Positions 47,615 through 62,600 of a stretch of 64,000 bases of DNA are shown here, piece after piece. Each line of letters starts with the position of its first letter. Position 1 is the stretch's first letter. The stretch comes from Laetmonice hystrix (Eukaryota). A program made the position numbers and the translations under genes. The notes beneath the pieces are model-generated. The model was not told the origin of the DNA, did not search any database, and saw only the letters and a list, made by a program, of their open reading frames with translations. The stretch is taken from NCBI GenBank assembly GCA_965235115.1, contig OZ249436.1, positions 35,776,001-35,840,000 on the forward strand, written 5' to 3'.

Positions 47615-50600
47615 GTGAGCGTGTTTTCCTATTGTTTTCGTTACCAACAAAGTGCCTTGTCGCCGGCAACCCCGGGTTGTCAGCAGCCACCGCTGTGCGG
47701 CATCAGTGCGCGGTATCGCCTGTTCAGCTTGGCAAGCACTGCGCTAGCTGCCGACGGCAGCCGGTTGCGGTGCCGCTTTGCGGCGCAGTGGACTCCGCTC
47801 CTAGGAAAAGATGGCGTTTGTTGAGTCCGCGCAACCACTCACTACTTTTACATGTTCTGCCTCCGTGGTATTGTAAATTTATGTTAAAATTACGGATGCT
47901 CTTCACATGCTGGGGAATTTGTGGTCAGCAGCGTTACCAATACCAGTTTAGCCTACTTACTAGTTACTTCATTACTCACTGTCTTTCTTTAGCACCGTAA
48001 ATTCCGTCTTTTTAAAAGTTTTTTTTCTCAACAAAATGACGTTTCCCACCTCAACTCAAGTCTAGACTTCATTAGTTCATGGGGATCAGTCTCCTGTGCT
48101 GGTGGTAGTGTGGTGGTACGGTACTGGCTGCGTAGGCTGTTGCAGCCAGCGACCGTTGCAGCATCCTGGGCCTTTGCACCAACTCGCTGCACTGTTCAGT
48201 AATGTATAATGACTTTTTTTTTTGTAGGATGGACTGAGCAATAACAGGGGCTCTAGTCTAGGCCTAATTCTAAATAATTATCCTGCTAACATGGCTAAAA
48301 AGACATTGCAGACTACAAATACAATGCCCTTTGAACAATATTGAAGGGGTAATTGAGGGAGGGTCTCGCTTGATCTGTGGACAAAAGGGGCAGTAATAGT
48401 ATAGATCAGACAACACTTAGGTAACCTAATTGGCATACTTCTTCATGTACTAGTTAACTATCCTGTGCTGCATCAGTGCATGCAGCGTTTTACAGATTGT
48501 TGACTGCCTTTATCACCCGGTAAGCTACTGTAGAGACTAGAGTCCATGTGCCTAATTATTTGTGTAAGAGAGCAATCAAATTGCCATCATTTTAATGGTG
48601 TTCACTGTATAAGAGTCATTTATGAGCTTGTATTCTTTATCAAATGAACCCTTGAAATAGTTTCCATGGAAGGTTATGAAGGACTTCATTTTATTAGAAC
48701 ACAAGAAAAAAAAACATTCTCTTGATTACGACAAATTATAGCGGTAACAGCCCAGATTCAACAGTGCATAGTTGTCTTGCATATTGTGGCCACAGTGGCA
48801 AAGATCTGACCATGTGTCTAATACTGTCTAACTTGCTGCAATAACACTCATCTGATGCTGGATTATGGCCGCTGTCACTGTGTCAGTGTTGTCAATAGTA
48901 GCTGGTCACCGGCAGCCAATTGCCTTCTTTAATAGCTTTTGCTGGTGTCTACTTTTTGCAGGATGACAAAACATTTTTTTTCAATTTTCTCTACCTTAAA
49001 ATGCACCTGAGACTCAGGGAGTCTTGTTTTTCAAAATTTCCCGGGGGAGGACCACTGGACCCCCGTTTGGATTATCCCAATTTCAGTAATCTAAAAGCCT
49101 GGACTCTCACAAAAGAAGTATGAGATCCTTGGCAACTGGCCCAAATTTCTTAACTGAGAATGGAAAGCAGACCTTCTCTGGTGTGTTTCCCGGGTAGAAA
49201 ACTGCCCCTTAGATGCCTGGAAAATGCACCTCAGGGAGTCTTATTTACCAAAAGTTTCTGGGGGACCCCAGACCCCCCATTTGCGAAATATATTGCACCC
49301 TTAGCTCCTCAGATACAGGTTTTCTCCATATTTTCTACACCCTCCTACTTCAGGCCCTGTACCCTGTGTTGTACTCTGTTTTACTTTGACAGCCCTGCAC
49401 TGTTGCAGAGTTTGTACAATTAGACGTGCAGAGTTTGTACAATTAGAGTACAAGGATTAATGCTAAATATTGCGTATTGGGGTATTGGTACGTATTTGAC
49501 AGATTTTTTTGGTGAATCTTTTGAGTCTGATCTAATCAAGTGGATTAAGGAGCTGTGTCTGTAGGAATTTTAATTCTGCCTCGGGACTTTACTCAACTGA
49601 ACCAGCCCTCCAAGTCTTCCACTACTGCTTCCTAATCTCTCTAGGATGCATGCTGTGACCGAAGTGTGAGGTCATCCTTTGGTAAATCGGAGAGGGGGCC
49701 TGCCAAGTTTTCACAAAGGCCACTGTGCCAGAACAGTGGGTGAATCCTGACAAGTGCTGGGAGGGTACCAGGCCTATTGTCTGGGTGCCATGGCTGGCCT
49801 CTGAGTAATGGTGGGAGACAGACCGGCAAAACCCACCCTAATGTGACATCATAGACAGGGCCGCCATGGCATACCGGTTGTAAACCAGGGAAGGGAGCAG
49901 CACTTCGGTGCATACCCTGCGAACCCAGGGTAGGGGTGAACCTTATGATTAGGCATGGGGCTGTGGGTGCTGCAACCTACCTGGAACAGCCTGCCCTTGT
50001 CACCCCCATGTGGGGCCATTCATAGTCTCTGCCTTCATCACCCCATTTGACCTTACCTGACACCTGACACAGTCTACTACATTTACTACTGTAGGTTCCT
50101 GGCCCCACTTGGTAACCATGGAAACGGGTAACTGATTGATGGTTACTAGGGAAGGCCAGTGGAGCCGAGGTGCTGCCAATTACCAGTGTTGATGTTTGGG
50201 CCTGGCCTCTTGATGCTGGAGTTTGGCACATGTTGGGAGAGTGCTTGCAGAAATATGTCATGCATGGTGTGTATGATTGTTGGTTTTGTGGTCAACATTC
50301 AACGCAGTCAGGAAGTAGGCAAGGCTCAGTACCTTGGATTATAAATCTTTTAAGCTGTGATATGTACAGTCATTTGCCTGAACTGTTAACTGGTTTCAAA
50401 TACAGTATCATACCCAGATTTATTTTGAACTGTTTTGTAACATGGAATTAAAGACACAATACACTTCTGGGAATAACAATATACTGAGTGACCGCCCTCC
50501 TTTAAGTAGCCTGTAGGGCCTCCTCCAAAGATAACTCAGATAGATGGGATGTTAGTCACCTGCTCAGGGAGGATGTTAGGACCGATACACCGGTTTGAGC

Positions 50601-53600
50601 CGCTCACTCCCCTGCAGCAGCTAGCAGACAGGGCTATGCTGTGATAACGTGTGCTGGTAGGGGTAGCCGGGCTGACCCAGTGGCCCACACCCACCACCAT
50701 CCGAGGCCCTCTCGGCCTGGTATCAGGACTCTCCTCCCTCCCGGACACAAGTACAGCCATGACTATGTAGGGCTCAGCCACGGCCCAGCCGGACTAGACC
50801 CAGTGACACACATCCCCGCTGAAATGGTTCCTCCATCACTAAGCTGCTTACTCAGGAAAGAGGGTGGGGGACTCTTACTCACATCAGTGAACTGCCAGAC
50901 CAGTACAAGAGCCGAGGGGGACTTTTCTTGTTTGGTAGTTAACGTTTGTTGCATTTTCGCTCAAATTGACTAACAAACTGCTTAGGCTGTTAGGGCCATT
51001 TTCCTCAAATTGGCTAACAGAATGCTTGGGGCCGTTTCGCTCAAATTGGCCAGCATGAAAACACTTAGAACCATTTCCCTGCTACCTCTTTGTCTCCAGT
51101 GGTAAAACTCGTAGAATACTGGGAGCCAGCTTGTTAGTTAGTGGCTACCTACCACGACCAGTAGCACTAGCAGAACGCATGGGAGATCGAGCAAGGCCTA
51201 TCTGACACAAAAACGTAACAAAACATTGTGGGCCATCTTACTCTTGGCAGGCAACACCTAGGCCTATACTCAGAATTCCATGGATCAAAATATTTCGACT
51301 TTTTATCTCCAAGAAGTGTGTCGATGACTCAATGGTCAATATAAACATCGCATCTTTTCATTCAGTAAATCATGATGTATACCTCTTTTACTCTGCCTGG
51401 TTTCTCTTTGCAAAGCTTGGTTGGAACCGTTGTCGTTGATGAATGTTGGTAATGGTTGATATCACATTGTGAACATCTCAAGGCACAGTGACAGTGTACG
51501 GGATGCCCTACGTAACGTTGGACAGTGTAGGGTAGGAGGAAGCCTCAGCACTATTTAGTCCATATTCTGGACAGGCAAACATAAAAAAAAATGGAACATT
51601 GACATAAACCAGTTCATATGGGTAACTGGTTGTTCCGACAGCTGACCAATGTGGGTTATGAAAACAGAGAACTGAGATACCCAGTTACCCATCAGTGTAT
51701 AGTGACTGGTGGCAGGGAATGTTCGGAGGGGTGTAATCAGAATCCCTGTGGCTGTAGAGACAGGAAAGGTGGCGTAGGGCCAACACATTAATTATGGCAT
51801 GATTGCTCTGCCAAGAACGACCTATGTCTATAGTGCTGTGTTCCCTAAAAACCTGATTCACTTTTTTGTTGCGAATTTATATAATGTTTTAAAAAGGATT
51901 ACAAAGCTACATTTTCTCCTTGATCATGATCTGCATTTCTTTCCTGTTCCAAAAGACTGAATGAGGTTCAATTCACACTTGTAAGGTAATGAGAAACTGA
52001 ACAAAATTTGGAAAAGTTGCAGTTGTTCCATCATGTTGGTCCAGAATTGATGATTCATACACTTAGAATGAACACCTTGGCTTTTCCCCCTCCTCAGCAA
52101 GTCGTACGCATTATGTATGCGTCATTTGTGTATATTGTAGGTTGTATATGATGCGATGCCATCAGGAAATGGACATATTGATATGTGTGCCCTCAGAGCT
52201 AAACAATGTCGTTTGTACCCTGTAGGTTTCAAATTCAAGGCAGTGCCAGCATACGTCTGTCTCCATTGATAGAACTGGCCACCGGAACAATTGGTAGCAG
52301 TGTGATCGTGGCAGCCATTACTATTGCGACAGGGCCTTTTTTCTGTGTCAATTTTGTACATTCCATGTGATGCCTGAACAGATCGGGAAAGACTGACCAA
52401 TAACACCGGCCATTTATCCCATTGGCCACGGCTCAAATGGCGCACACAAACACGAGTTTAAAAAGATAGTTTTGCAGGACACTGCCATGTTTTGCAGGAC
52501 ACTGCCAGCCATAATTAACATAGGACTAGTCGCCCCGGTAATTATGATGCAGCCAGCAGGCAAGTCGAACATATGGCGGTCCAGCCCAGAGAAGTACATC
52601 CAGGGGAAAGCTGTCAAAGCAGAAAGCAGCATGAAAGAAGACCATATGTCTCCTCAATTACTTTGTCTATTAGTAAAGGTAGGAGGTCAGCAGTCAGGTG
52701 AAATTAAATGTATAATGAGCTGTTACATGTTGAATGCTTATAAATGCTGGACAGTCAGAACGATTGTGTGATCAGAACAAACCTACTAGCATTTTAGAAA
52801 CTGTACACAAATTTTGAACTTGATACTTTGATTTCAAGTGCAGTGGAGTATTGATTTTAAAATAAAGTAACAAAACTTCAGTCGAGTTCAAACTACACGA
52901 GGAAGTATTGTGAGAAAATCTGATCCAGAACTGGGGCTGAGTCAGTGTGTATACATTAATCTGCATGCATTTTGCATGTATGACTTTGAAAATTAGCTGA
53001 AAGCAGGTCAAGTCCACAAGCACAGAGTCAGGGTTGCTGGGATGACCGGATGGCCCAAACAACATTTGCAAGGCTGTTTTCTAATAATTTCTCAATCAGT
53101 ACAGGCCGAGATCTCGAAAAGGAGAAGTGTGCGATCTGGGAGCTGAATCGAGCAGGATGCCGCTGTACTAAAACAAAATGTGCCACATTGCTACACAAAC
53201 AAGTGTATCCTTGATAATGTTCAATGCAGTTTACACTTACAGTAGGTCCATGTTCCGGTACGGTTTCACTCAAGGATACCAGCCTCTTACTCCCGTGTGT
53301 GGGGTGGGGGTGAAGCGGGGACAGTGTTTGACAGAAAAAATGACATTACTTTAAATAGGCGAAAAGAGGGTCGGAAATGTAGTGGTAGTATGCTTGTCTT
53401 TGAAAACGTTATTCTTGGCAGTGACGGCATCCCACAGTTGTATTTATCTGGTAATTCTAAGGCGAACACTGAGTTACGTAGAGCGTTAAGCTTTTTTCTG
53501 GACCGTTGACAGTAAAGGATAAAACCCCTTAATGATGTTTACCGTTTTTCATTTCTCAGAGCCTTGATTTTAAAAGAATGGAAGTATGAAGCTGACACAG

Positions 53601-56600
53601 GCCAAGGTACCCACATTCCTTAGGTGCCTCCAAACCCTCCGTAGAGTTTCCTGCTATTTATTGCATGTATTTTTTTTAATCCAGTCGTAAATTTACTATT
53701 TGATGTTTGTAGAGGGTAAAGAGGTGTAAAGTGAGAGCTTGCTATTATACCGGCTAAACACACATTTGAGGGGGGTCTGTCACTCAGGGCCCAGTAGGGG
53801 TCCAATCAAAGGTCAAATCCCTGGGGAGGGTCCCACTGAAGTTGTGTATGCCTAGGGGAGGATATAATACCAAATTTTATTCCAGTTCATACAGCTCGTC
53901 GATCGTTTGATTTAAAGCCACGTTTTCGATGTTTCAGATGCTTAAACCTTAACGCTGTTTCCATCTTAAACGAACATACATTTGTATATTTTGCCCCGTC
54001 CGACTAAAAAGCTGATGATGCTTATTGTAACAGAGCTCAATGCTGTGGTGAATGGTGCGCAGGGATCAGCATATCTTTAAATGGATGGAGTAATCATTAT
54101 GATGATGGGGGTAGTTTGATGACGGGTGAGGGTGACTGTTCCTTGCCCCAGGTGATGCAGTATGCTACCAAGTTGAGTAGGTGCGAGCCTTATAATCCAC
54201 ACTGATATATCTTATGTTATGATTATTATGGTGCTTCCAGAGACCAGATGCCGCATTTGCCCCTTGGTTGTGACCCTTTGTGGCGCCAGGGTCGTCCCAA
54301 GACAACTGGCATGATAAATCTTTGCAGGTCTCACCAGGATCTTGTAAACATCACCCTATTCTGACCCCTCCCCCCTCCGGCCCAAATTAACGGCAGATGG
54401 CATGGGCAGGTTTAAAGTCGTTATAGCTGCTTCCTTCCTGGTGTTTATTCTGGTTAATGCCTGGGCTGGTGGTGTTGGTGGAGGAAAGGAACTGTCAGAG
54501 GTACCGTTAACCCGTAACCTCAGCCGGGGTCATACAAATTTCAGGTCACAGTGCCAGTCTTCCGGAGTCGTCACGTGGTCATTCTGGTCACAGTAGTACA
54601 TCCGGCGCAACATTTATATCTACCCAAATACTTCAGGACTCAGCATTTTTCATTTAGGTGTGTGCTGGGTAGATGCCCTGCTGTATGAGCCCTTGCCCTC
54701 GGCCAGAGAGATATCCTAGCCCATTGACGGGCTTTCAGGGAGCTCAGACTGCCAGAGGACGTTCCTGTCTCTTGGGGCCCAGTGGGTGATGGGGACGGGG
54801 CCGCCTGTAGCCAAGTCTAGTCTGGGCCACTCGCCCAGCTCGGATGGGAAATAGGCCAGGTCAGAGGTCATAAGGATCAGCGGTCATATGCCGTGCATGG
54901 TGTAAGAGGTTCTTGTCTTATACAGCGACAGCATGGCTTGGCGTGCTGCTGACCCATGTGGTAACCTGATCGTGGAACGTGAAATTCCAGAGTATCTGTG
55001 GTCCATTCTTCTCAGGGGGATTTAGGAGCGGCATTGAATAAAGACGTTTGTCTTGTATTTGTTGTTGGGTAAGAGTAATGGACATACAGAGTTCGTTAGG
55101 GATTTGACAGCATTCCTTTTCTCCACTGGGTATATTTTGAAATAACGCCAAATATCAAGGGGAAAGTGGAAAACCAACAGATTGAGGAAGATGGGATCTA
55201 TATTTGGCAGTGGTGGATTGCTGACGTGACTGAGATGTTAGTAAGGTGTCAAGGCAGCCTCCACCACGGGCCGGTTACATCCATCCTGCGTGGCGCCAGG
55301 CAGTCGGCCGACTGGCCAGCCGGCAGCCAGGCCCGCACTATGGGTGTGGCACGGGAACATGCATGCTGACCATCAGGCGCCGTCCTCTTGATGCCTTTAC
55401 TGGGTCGCCGGTACCACCGTGCCACCGGATAGCGTGCCTCCCAGCATTAAAATTGCTGTTCAGATATCTATAGGCGTCTTTTGCAATCACTTCTCTGAAG
55501 CTAAATATTCCATGATTTTCTTGGGCCTCCTGGATCTCACGTTTGTTGGGATACCCATTGTTCTAAATCTGATATCCATATAACCAAGTCTCGTTGATAT
55601 ATAATATCTACAGGTTCACCCATATTGGATCTCCATATTGGTCTATATAAGTTATGCCTGGCATCACATCAAGGAACCTCTGAGGCCCACACAAAAATAA
55701 TTAACCAACTCTTTCTGACAATGTTCACGTCATCAGGAATCCGGGGCTCTGCTCCGTTGTAAGGCCCTATTGATTGGATGTGGGAAAGTGAACCGAGCAC
55801 CGCCTGTAATAGAGATGCCGTTTAAGTTAAGGATGATTAAGATGCCTCAAGTTAAGGATGATTTGTCTAAGCGACCCACAATATAAGAAAGTATCATCAT
55901 AATTGTATTTTTGCATGCTTATATAGGCTATCTTAGATCTGATACGTTTTAGATATATTTCCACTGGGAGTTTTTTTAAATACAATTTCCGTGTCGGTGC
56001 TAATCTTTTCATGCAGACACTGAGGCCCCCCCCCCCCCCCCAGTTCCCTGTCTGTGCCAGTGGCCATGGTGGCGTGTAGAGCGTCTATCAATCCTGCTGT
56101 GATGTTAACTTCCATCAAGCATCTCATTAACGTTGCATTCTTTTCATTGGTCCAAAACACGCGTACATTAAGCAGTAAGATTTTATCTTTGAAACATTAT
56201 TTGGAATTTTACACCCAGCCCAGTTGTTGCTGTGAATTCTCTCAGTCTGGGTGGGTTCGAGGCTGTTGTGTTGGGCTGTGTATCTTGTCTGGCTGCTTGA
56301 TCCGCTGCTGTGCCACCGAGCCATGCCAGTGTTGTGGGGGGGGGGGGGGGGGGGGGGGGCTCAGACTATTGGGGGAGGGTCCGTTTGATGTGATGGTCTG
56401 GCATTCTCCACAGTTGGCACCGTTTCCGTATAGGATTTTATAATAGAATCTTGTGATTTTCTTTAATCTTGTGTCTGGAAAATTTGTTGTCATTAGTCCC
56501 ATTGTTATCAAACCAGTTTCACCCTTTGGTTTAGATGATTTGTATTTCGCAGCAGACTTGTGTAAAGGTTAAGTTATTCATCGGTCTTAAGAGCGTGAGC

Positions 56601-59600
56601 AAGCAGTCTGAGAAGGAATAAGAAGAGTTCCTATAGTCAGCATAATTTTGCCAGTCGTAAAGATATAGTCTGCGAAACTCAGCTGCATTAAGATGTACCA
56701 CATCCCTAATCACTATGGGAACATCTTCAGTCAACTCCTCACCTCTGCTGTTTCAGAAAAATATTTATATTTAATCCACTTGGAAGTTTATTATGGGAAT
56801 GAAATTTTGCATTCTTACAAAGGGCTGATCGACGTTGACCGTTGAGGGGGGAACATGACCGTATTTACGTGTTGAGGCCCGGTTGAGCAGGGTCACCACA
56901 GAGTATAGAATCAATGGACCAGCCAGACTTTGGTACTATGGCTCTTTTGGTACAGTCATGTTAATGGTATGTAAATGAACCTCTAGGCACGAATTAGAAA
57001 TTAACTGACTAAATTGATGTAGAATAACAGGGACCGGCAAGCTATCTAGACATCTAAATGTATTTAAAAGAGTATTTGAAATATTAGAAGGCATATCGTG
57101 CTGTTGCTTTGGATCGAGAACTGTAATTATTGTGTTTAGGATGTGCATAAGTTTTATTTCAGTTAGATGATGTGAGAAATTTGTCTGACTTCAGCACGAC
57201 TGTTTACTGATACTCAATGAGAACATTTAGATTGATCAGCAGTTTGCCAATCTCGGTGATAGATCAGATAAATAAGTAATCTTTGTCTGTATATAATGTT
57301 TACACGTTTATACATAATGTTTACACGTTTAAATATATACATGTATAAAAAAGAAAATTGCCAGAAGCATACTAATGATCTGTAATGCAGTATTCGACAG
57401 TGGAAGTTAAAAAAAAAGGGCTGGAAAAAACTTTGATCGGGGCTCCACGTGAAACAGGATGTGGTAGAAACATGTTTGGCTTTGCCCGCCATTGGTTCTG
57501 ATAGACCTACTGAGTTTTAATAAGAGGGGTAATTGTGACTGCTAATCCCCGTCAATGAATGGTTTGTTAAGACGTCATTTGTGTCCTTGATACCGCATTT
57601 TACGGACCAGTTGTCATTTTGACCTGACAGTGCAGTGATTATCTGAATTTAACTACCGTAATCCCCCTTCCCTCCTTTCCTTTGGACCTAATGACTCATA
57701 CAACCACATGTGGAGTCGATTTTACGTGCACAAGACATCTGAGGAAGTTTTCACGCCAGGAGGTGCATATGGTCGTAAAGATTGTGCCAATGTCTGAATA
57801 TAGAGACGTCAGACAGTTGGCTCTATGATACACGAAATGTTACCGGAGAGAGGTTGTTGCAGTCGATAAAAGGGGAAAAAAGGATCTAGAAGAACCCCCT
57901 GCAGTAGTTAATATTAAATTCTGTACAAAAGTGTGAAATATTATGGCGACGTTCATTATGAAAAAAAAAATCCGAGATCGAAACTGATAACTTGTAGAAC
58001 TGGGTTTTCATGAAATTTCTTTTTTTTTTCAAAGTGGATTGGATTACCCCAGTATATCCCACAGAATAGTATCAGCAAAAACTTTTGAAACTGCTCAATA
58101 CCATTGATATTGCAATACCTTTTCTAATCATCAATATCAGTGACACTCAGATAGTATGCTCTACACAATTCATGTATTTTTTATAAACGTTAGATAAAAG
58201 GCTCGCCCACCATGATTCAAATGCTGAGGATAATTCGATCGTACTAAAATAGATGATAATATGTATTTTTCAAGGATAGTGGGATTAAGCCTTTTGTCCC
58301 GTGTGTAGATTTGATGGAATGTAGCCAAACACCACAGCTTTGTAGTCTTCCCTCCCTATCGAGTTGTAGTTCCAGCACCGTGCAGGGAGTGGACGAGGTG
58401 GGGGTTTTACACAGGTAGAGGTAGACGATGGGGTATTCTAGGAATTCATGAGTCACGATAAACTAAGGGTATTGGTATTTTTGGCCAGGAGTCTTCAGGG
58501 CAGCTGCCACTGGTTGATGTTGTGTCTGGCAAGTATATCGTCAGTGCCCCAGGTAGACAATATATGCCGAATACGCATGCAGTAACTTGTTTTGTTACAT
58601 GTTTTTCAGTTAAAGGTCATTGCTTCTAAAGGTTGATTGAAGAAGCATGTATCAAGACCTTAAATATTTCCTAAAGAAAGTTCACCTTCTTTCAGTCTAA
58701 CTATTTTTGGTATCGCTTTGCCAATTTTATATATACATCATTGTTAAAAAAAGCTTATTTAATAGTAGCAATTAAAACGAAACAATTGTCCAGAATCAAG
58801 AGGTTGGAAATTGAGAAGTGGATGGGGGTTCGGCGGGGCTTCCCTTGGGCTGTGCACAAAATCGTAACACGTTACCAAAAGCCAATTGATTTGTAATTAT
58901 GAGGTGAGAATTTTATGGAAAGGTTGTCTCCCTGTACCGACACGGATATCTTAAAACACTGGCCCCGGGCACAGCGAGGCCATGGCTGGAGTCGGGAGGT
59001 GAGAGGACAGGCCGTTGTGGCCCTTGCCTAGTGCAGGCCGTGTGGCCAGAGGCTGCGTGTACCATGCTGTCGGCCGCCGCCGAGGTGGCTCGCTGATGAT
59101 GTTGTATTGTTACAGTACCGGTGTCAGAGGTCTGTCCAGTATTGTCCGAGGCCCCAGGGGAACAGCGCTAATTGATCGTTAGCACGATTAACGGTAACTG
59201 CCCATCTCCTGCCTCTGGTCATCTAATCGGCTTGAAGGGCGTGAGTCGAGCCCCGGCGTTCCAGACGGTCAGGCGACATTTTTAAATGTGGAGGTCAAAG
59301 GCTTTCTTAATAATTTATTCATTTCACGTAGTCCACTCTGGCCGGAGAAGGGTTCCTAAGTATGATAATATTATTGGATACAATTTGTAGGGACATTTCC
59401 ATGGGAACCCGGCAGGCCCGCGGGCTATAGTGAAACAGTGGAGCCTGATTAGATGTAATGATGGCCATACGTCAGGGGGTATTACAAGGACCCTCTAGTT
59501 AAAACCTCTTACACCAGGGCCAAGATTTTAGATGGTTTCGGGCATGAAGAGATTGCCCATTTAAGGTATATGGCGGAATGGAGACGAGAGCTCTGAAAAT

Positions 59601-62600
59601 TGATGTGGTGGTAGGTCGATTGATGTGCAAAAATCATTTGAAAAAAGCGCCTCAGAAAAGAACGAAAGCGGGAAAAAACAGCAAAAGGTCCCAGAGCTTA
59701 TAGCAGTACAATAGATGGAAATTTGCCATCTTTTGTCTGCGAATTATGATGAAACACGAAGATGAAGACATGACGGTTATGCCAGCCCAGTTGCCCTCAC
59801 ATACAAGACCACATCAAACAGGGCTGGTCAGTTGGATATATGAAGGACATCATCAGCATCCTGAGTCTCAACGGCTATCAGTCGGTCGGATCGGTTTGAT
59901 GAGGGAGGGGCGGGGCGGGATGGGGTCGGGTTGTCCCTGCAGCCAGCCGGACACGCACGTGATCCTTACATGGAGAGTTCCAATTACGTCTGGGAATCAA
60001 CAGACAGTTGGGACAGGCGGAGTGAATGATCCATCACTCACACAACAGGCGCCACGTGCCGGTAACAAGGTAAACTGCTCTTAGAGACTACCTTCTTCAT
60101 TCGGGTTCAGATTCACGGGTTCCGAGGTGGACTTCACCTTGTGTAATTAACATACAACATACAACCAATCGAGCTAAATTGAGCAAATTTTTAGTGATTC
60201 TGTATATAATAGGGGTGAGGGGAGGTTTTCCCGCAGCGATGACAAGGGAAAACAAAAGTCGCGGCTAACGTACGTACCGTATAGAATGATATTTATAGAT
60301 GTACAACCGACGCATGTATTTTTTAAACTACCTATGTATTTATGCTGTCCAACGAGTGAAGATAATTGGGAAAGTGGCCTGTTGCCACAGAAGGATAACT
60401 AATATAAAAGAATATATACAATGTAGTTCAATTATGTTAGGGGAGGGGCTGTTTGAATGATTATGATTTATTGGAAACGGCGCACGGGCTAGACTGGGGA
60501 GAATTTTTGTTATCGAGAAACCGTAATATTTAAAACAGGTTAGATTGGAATATTATTTGCCGGACTTTCTGAATGAGTTCACCTGTTAAGATGAAGAGAG
60601 ATAGAGATAGCTTTCCACACAGCAAAGCCGCCTCAAATAGCGAACTAGGGTGCAGGAATATGGATATGTGATCACGGTTCTGAGCCACAGTTTGTTGTAA
60701 TGAAGTTGTGCGCGTATGGCACAGATATATCGATATATCGACATGGACCAGGGCTCGCGCCGAGGTGCAGCACACTAGCTTGGGTAGATACTTTTCTGTA
60801 GGGGGTCCTTCAAGTCACCTGGAATATATATGCAAGGGTCTGTGATACCTCAACCCCGGCCCTAGGACACATAAAGGAATTTGGAAGGTTTACAACATCC
60901 TAAAGGGAAATGCAGGAAATCTTTACGGAATCTTTGCCTGTACATTGTTTGAAATAGAAAGAATCATGGCAATGGGAATTCTGAAAAGACCGTCTGGGAT
61001 ATTTCATTTCATTTACTAGATTGAATACAAATACCGGTACATATGTATGTCAGTAGTTTATATAAGCATATTGGAGTACCTTGATAAAGTTGATGGTTGA
61101 GAAAATCGTGAACGTTAAACATTATACAATGGCAGAATAGAGAGAGGTAGATTGGTACCTGTAGGTCGTGCATGCTGAGACCATGAAAGGATGGTTTAAA
61201 GAAACGTAGGAAAACACCTGGGTTCAAGAAGAGCACCGAGACAAAGGGTACTCTTGGGGTCATCAGTGACAGCTAGGATGACTAGGTAAATATACCTGGT
61301 TGTCTGGCTACAGGAATCCTGACTGTCTGGCAGGTTGGTAACCTAGCTGTCCGGTAGGACGACAGACTGTCTGGCTAGCAGGTGGAGGTCCTTGTGTGGA
61401 GGTCCTTGCTGCTGCCTTCAGGATGTGGCCTGGAGCCAGGCATTGCTGATGGATGGAAATAATCCCGCCAGATAGTAAGAGAATATCAGGAATAGCGTGC
61501 TCCTCATATTAACAGCCTTCGAGTGTCTAAGGTTGTCCTAGGGCAACGGGGTCAGGTTGCAGATCGTGCTAGTAGACCTATGCTGATGTTGGAAAAGACA
61601 AATCAATAAGTTCTGGAACATAGATCTTAGGTTAACAAAAAGACCAAATGTCCCCGTTTTACGTAGTAAAGAACGTTCTCGTGTACAGTGGCTGGTATGG
61701 GCGGGGGGGGGGGGGCCACAGCCAAAATGTTTCAAAACCAGGGTCTCTCATAGTGAAAGTTGAGTTGAGCTGACCCTTGCCTATCCACCCACACGGCTGT
61801 GCCCCCCCCCCCCCCTCCCCGAAGAAAAGCCCGGGTGCGCCACTGGTGTATGTCATTGTGTCTGTGGACAAGTTTTGGATTTTTGGAGCAAAGTATTGTT
61901 GACAGGGTGACCTGGCAGAAACCAGGTATGCACTGGCTGCAAAGTACTGAGTACCGGTCGGAAGTGAAAAGTTAAGATTGTGTGCAAACACATTTTAACG
62001 ATTGTACAATATGGTGAATGATTCATGGCTCCAATTCAGATGGGTGTTGTTAGGTGTAGGAGAAAGAACTAATCGGAAAGTCTGCCAGGGAATAGAGTGG
62101 GAAGGTTGTGTACTCCGGAGGGATCCCGTTCGTTCTCGGCACGGCTGACCTGCATGAGGGACGGAGACATCGTTCTGCTCGGCGCTCCGATCATTCCGAT
62201 AAGGGACGATCGATATGTGTTGGGCGCGTACATCGGCCGACGGTTTATTGTTCAAAACGAGATTATGGCCGACAGGATAACGATATCGGCAAGTCGGAGG
62301 CACAGCCGCGCATAATTAATGGCGCGTATTATTAAAAAGATACCTCATATTACACGCTCTATGGGGTTGAGCCAGACTTCCAGATGGAATTTACACTATA
62401 TTTTTCAGTGTACACTGATACACCGGGATTTCCTCTTGTTTTTTTGTTTGTTTTTGTTTGGTTTTTTTTGCCATAAGTTGGCTCCCTCGTCTTCGAGATG
62501 TAGAGTCCATTTACCATCAGACATGGCACAAAGGCAAGGCTTCACCGTGAAAACTATACGTACTGTCTTTTTCTAATGAGAATAAAGGTCATACATATAC

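Noticed and set aside
47290..48000. 236-aa ORF as a single-exon gene
   Set aside because: Only 47467-47614 resembles futsch/MAP1; the rest reads through a consensus GTGAG donor into intron or lies in the 5' leader.
52216..52236. miR-10-like TACCCTGTAG
   Set aside because: Only the first 10 nt match, with no evident hairpin and no Hox context.
29701..56358. Long C/G homopolymers (29701-29720, ~45721-45736, ~56025-56041, ~56336-56358)
   Set aside because: Common low-complexity runs, often within repeats and error-prone in length; no specific function can be supported.
49404..57331. Short two-copy tandem duplications (~49404-49448, 52471-52507, ~57292-57331)
   Set aside because: Ordinary slippage duplications with no spacers; not CRISPR-like.
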